A stretch of 64,000 nucleotides of DNA, from contig CAWFJJ010000021.1 in the NCBI GenBank assembly GCA_963816185.1, forward strand, positions 1 through 64,000, read 5' to 3'. This document shows, piece after piece, positions 60,736 to 64,000 of the stretch. Source of the stretch: Thermoanaerobaculia bacterium (GTDB taxonomy: Bacteria > Acidobacteriota > Thermoanaerobaculia > UBA5066). The first letter of the stretch is position 1, and the number at the start of each line of letters is the position of its first letter. Under the pieces are notes generated by a model, which worked only from the letters and a program-made list of their open reading frames with translations, made no database searches and was not told where the DNA came from. The position numbers were made by a program, and so were the translations under genes.

Positions 60736-62145
60736 CTAGCCGTGGATGTTGTGGCCGTGGACCGCCTCCGCCGCCTCGTGCATGGCTTCCGACAGCGTCG
60801 GGTGCGCGTGGATCGTGCGAATCATCTCCTCGGTCGTCGCTTCGAGGCGCAGGAGGGCGCCGCCCTCCGCGATGAGCTCGGTGGCATGCGGGCCGACGAT
60901 GTGGACGCCGAGGATCTCATCGTACTTCGCGTCGGAAACGATCTTCACGAAGCCTTCCTGCGACGGCTCCATCATCGTCTTGGCGAGGACCGAGAAGTTG
61001 AACTTTCCGGTCTTCACGACGTAGCCGCGCTCTTTCGCCTTCGCTTCGCTGAGACCGATCGACGCGACTTCGGGGTCGCAGTACGTGCAGCCCGGCACCT
61101 GGTCGCGGTTCACGGGCACCGTCGGATGGCCGGCCATCGTCTCGGCGGCCACGATGCCTTCGGCGGACGCGACGTGCGCGAGCCAGATCGTGGGCGTGAC
61201 GTCCCCGATCGCCCAGACGCCCGGCACGTTCGTGCGCTGGTTTGCGTCCACCTTCACGTAACCGCGGTCCGTCGCGACGCCCACGGCCTCGAGGCCGAGC
61301 CCCTCGGAGAGCGGCTTGCGGCCGACGGCGAGGAGCACTTTCTCGACGGACCACGACAGCGGGCCGCCGTCCGGCCCCTTCGCCTTCACCGTGACCGTCC
61401 CGTCCCCGTTCGGCGCCACGGACTCGACGCCCGTCTTCGTGCGCACCTCGATGCCGTGCTTCTTGAAGACGCGCTCGACCTCTTTCGAGATCTCCTCGTC
61501 CTCCACGGGCAGGACGCGCGGCAGGACCTCGACGAGGACGGTCTTCGTGCCGTACCGCGAGAAGCAGGACGCGAACTCGGCGCCCACCGCCCCCGAGCCG
61601 ATCACGAGGAGCGACCTCGGGATCGACTGCGACTTCAGGATGTGGTCCGAGTTCAGGACGCTCTCGCCGTCGGCCTTGAGGAGCGGCAGGTCGCGGGGCA
61701 CCGAGCCGGTTGCGATGAGGACGTTCTTCGTGTCCAGCTTGGTCTCGCCCGCGTCGCCTTTCACCGCGACCTCGTGCGGCGAGACGATGCGCCCGAGCCC
61801 CGCGTGGACGTCGACCTTGTGTTTCTTCATGAGGTATTCGACGCCCTTGGCTCCCCGAAAGACGACCTTGTCGCGGAACTTCACCACGCCCGGAAAGTCG
61901 AGCTCGACGCCGGCGGCTCTCACGCCGAAGTCTGCGGCGCGGTTCTTCGCCTCGTCGTACAAAGAGGCCGACTTGAGCATCGCCTTCGTGGGGATGCAGC
62001 CTCGGTGAAGGCAGTTGCCGCCGAGTCCCACGTTCGAAACTTTAGCGTCTCTTTCGACGATCGCGGTCCTGAGGCCGAGCTGGGAGGCCCGGACGGCGGC
62101 GACGTAGCCGCCCGGTCCCGAGCCGATGACGACCAGGTCGTACAT
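60736..62145 (-). CDS. lpdA: Dihydrolipoyl dehydrogenase
   Basis: IGSGPGGYVAA, GGNCLHRGCIPTK, GSGAVGAEF, HAHPTLSE. Confidence 0.95.
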   Translation of the reverse strand: MYDLVVIGSGPGGYVAAVRASQLGLRTAIVERDAKVSNVGLGGNCLHRGCIPTKAMLKSASLYDEAKNRAADFGVRAAGVELDFPGVVKFRDKVVFRGAKGVEYLMKKHKVDVHAGLGRIVSPHEVAVKGDAGETKLDTKNVLIATGSVPRDLPLLKADGESVLNSDHILKSQSIPRSLLVIGSGAVGAEFASCFSRYGTKTVLVEVLPRVLPVEDEEISKEVERVFKKHGIEVRTKTGVESVAPNGDGTVTVKAKGPDGGPLSWSVEKVLLAVGRKPLSEGLGLEAVGVATDRGYVKVDANQRTNVPGVWAIGDVTPTIWLAHVASAEGIVAAETMAGHPTVPVNRDQVPGCTYCDPEVASIGLSEAKAKERGYVVKTGKFNFSVLAKTMMEPSQEGFVKIVSDAKYDEILGVHIVGPHATELIAEGGALLRLEATTEEMIRTIHAHPTLSEAMHEAAEAVHGHNIHG

Positions 62146-62222
62146 TCCAATCTCCTATAGGTCCGGCCGGCGCACGTGCGCGGAGGCGGCGCCGGAGCGA
62201 ACGGAATTATAGGGGGAGTCTC

Positions 62223-63437
62223 TCACCCGAAAAGGACGCCGAGAAGCCCGCCTGCGAGGACGAGCCAGGCCGTGTTGATTCTCACGGCCGCGAGAATCGC
62301 GACGCTCACGAGAAAGAGCGCGATCGTCGGGCCGTTCGTCAGCGCGGGCCGCGCGAATTGAAGCGTCACGGACCCCATCAGCGCGAGCGCCGCGACGTTC
62401 ACGCCGTCGAGAAACGCACCCAGGACCTTCGACTGCCGCAGCCGGGGCACGAAAGGGCCCATGACGAAGACCAGGGCGAACGCGGGAAGGAAGATCCCGA
62501 GCGTCGCGACCCCGGCGCCCTTCAGACCCCCGAGCACGTAGCCGATGAACGTCGCGGTGGACAGCAGCGGCCCCGGCGTGAACTGGCCGACGGCGACGGC
62601 ATCGAGGAGCTGCCCGCTCGTGAGCCAGTGCCAGCGCTCGACGAGATCGGCCTTCAGATAGGCGAGCAGCACGTAGCCGCTGCCGAACAGCACGGCACCG
62701 GTCTTCAGGAAGAAGAGGAAGAGGCTGGTAAGAGAGAAGGGCGAAAGAGGAGCGCCGAGGGAGAAGAGGGGGACGAAGAGGGATTTCTTGGAAAGAGGAA
62801 GAGAAGATTTCCTAGAAAGTGAATTGGGCGGGGCGCCGTCGACGCGCTCCGGCGCGTGCGGCGCAGCGGCACCGCCGCCTCTTCCCCTTCTAAGAAAATC
62901 CTCAGACACCATCGCCAGAATCGAGACACACCCTGAAACGAGCAGCAGGAGAAGCTCGTTGACGAAGAAAGTGGCGGCAAGGGCGGCGAGTCCCAATGCC
63001 AGAAGGAACCGGCTTTTCACCGCCGTGCGGCCGAGGCTGACGAGCGCCTGCGCGATGAGCGCGAGGACCACGGGCTTGATGCCGTCGAAGAAATGCGGAA
63101 ACGCGGGCAGAGAGCCGAAGCGCACGTAGGCCCACGCAAAGGCGGTCACGAGGAAGGTCGCGGGCAGAAGGAAGCCGACTCCGGCGACGAGAAGCCCCGC
63201 CCAACCTCCGCGTGCATGCCCGATGAAGAGCGCCATCTTGGTGGAGTTCGGTCCTGGCGCGAGGTTCGTCGCACCGAGGAGGTCGAGAAACTCCTCGCGT
63301 GTCATCCACGCGCGCCGCGTCACGACCTCGTGCTCCATCATCGAGATGTGGGCGGCGGGCCCGCCGAAGGCCGTCGCGCCGAGGCGCAGGAAGAGGATGG
63401 CGAGGTCCTTCAGGTCGGCGGGGTTCCCTCTCGCCAT
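62223..63437 (-). CDS. chrA: Chromate ion transporter (long-chain CHR)
   Basis: AFGGPAAH, PGPNS, LFGSGYVL, GQFTPGP; expanded interdomain linker. Confidence 0.92.
   Translation of the reverse strand: MARGNPADLKDLAILFLRLGATAFGGPAAHISMMEHEVVTRRAWMTREEFLDLLGATNLAPGPNSTKMALFIGHARGGWAGLLVAGVGFLLPATFLVTAFAWAYVRFGSLPAFPHFFDGIKPVVLALIAQALVSLGRTAVKSRFLLALGLAALAATFFVNELLLLLVSGCVSILAMVSEDFLRRGRGGGAAAPHAPERVDGAPPNSLSRKSSLPLSKKSLFVPLFSLGAPLSPFSLTSLFLFFLKTGAVLFGSGYVLLAYLKADLVERWHWLTSGQLLDAVAVGQFTPGPLLSTATFIGYVLGGLKGAGVATLGIFLPAFALVFVMGPFVPRLRQSKVLGAFLDGVNVAALALMGSVTLQFARPALTNGPTIALFLVSVAILAAVRINTAWLVLAGGLLGVLFG
62763..62905. repeat. Three copies of the TTCTWAGAA-type motif, outer pair inverted, within the chrA linker
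   Basis: GAGGGATTTCTTGGAAAGAGGAAGAG, GAAGATTTCCTAGAAAG, and CCTCTTCCCCTTCTAAGAAAATCCTC. Confidence 0.8.
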
Positions 63438-63489
63438 CGTCCCGATTATGGGCGGGCGGCGGCCGGCGCCGCCGCACTAAGATCCCACC

Positions 63490-64000
63490 GTGATCGGGGA
63501 AGTCCTCGCGCACTACCGCATCGCGGAGCGCCTCGGTGAAGGCGGGATGGGAGAGGTCTTCCGCGCCGAGGACCTCAAGCTCCGGCGACCCGTCGCCCTG
63601 AAGGTCCTGCGCGGCGCGGAGGATTCGGAAGGCCGCCTGTTGCGCGAGGCGCGTTTCGCGTCGCAGCTCAACCACCCGAACATCGCGGTCGTCTATGACG
63701 TCGACACCGTGGAGCGCGATGGACGGAGGCAGAGCTTCATTGCGATGGAGTATGTCGCGGGGCGCACGCTGTCGGCGCTCCTCAAGGAGCGCGCGCCGGA
63801 TGTCTCCAAATCGGTCGACATCGTCCTGCAGGTCGCCGATGCCCTCGCGGCCGCGCACGCGCGAGGGGTCGTCCACCGCGATGTCAAGCCCGGCAACATC
63901 ATGCTGGACGGGAGGGGGCGCGTGAAGGTCCTGGATTTCGGCCTCGCGGCCTTCCGCCCCGTGCCGGGCGAGGGGAGCGAGACCTGGAGCCCGATCGGCG
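63490..64000 (+). CDS. Hanks-type Ser/Thr protein kinase, truncated by the window edge
   Basis: Translated by hand: LGEGGMGEVF, VALKVL, HPNI, MEYV, HRDVKPGN, DFG. Confidence 0.95.
   Translation, partial: MIGEVLAHYRIAERLGEGGMGEVFRAEDLKLRRPVALKVLRGAEDSEGRLLREARFASQLNHPNIAVVYDVDTVERDGRRQSFIAMEYVAGRTLSALLKERAPDVSKSVDIVLQVADALAAAHARGVVHRDVKPGNIMLDGRGRVKVLDFGLAAFRPVPGEGSETWSPIG

Overview
GC-rich (roughly 68-70% by eye) bacterial chromosomal DNA; gene content and style suggest an acidobacterium (inference only). I found no rRNA, tRNA, CRISPR array, transposase or integrase. 1-15.3 kb is a partly decayed surface-glycan modification region (GT-C-like membrane proteins, GT2, GT4, GT9, methyltransferases, an EamA/SMR flippase-like gene, two pseudogenes); a degenerate duplicate of the 5' end of the downstream saccharopine dehydrogenase gene brackets a 5.3-kb sub-block. 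The rest carries an ABC exporter, two SerA-like genes with DUF1015, D-aminoacylase, RRM protein, acyl-CoA ligase, Nudix, LOG, an MNIO (DUF692)/DUF2063 RiPP locus with a twin-arginine 12-Cys precursor, two glycoside hydrolases, sulfate and molybdate ABC systems, an ApbE/porin/FMN-binding/cytochrome b-like operon under a Fur-like box, an extended Kdp locus with split KdpD, lpdA, chrA and a truncated Ser/Thr kinase. The strongest unexplained signal is a dispersed directional motif, purine-run-GATTTCTTAGAARG-purine-run, seen about 19 times from 18.6 kb onward, mostly inside coding sequence and often in close pairs.
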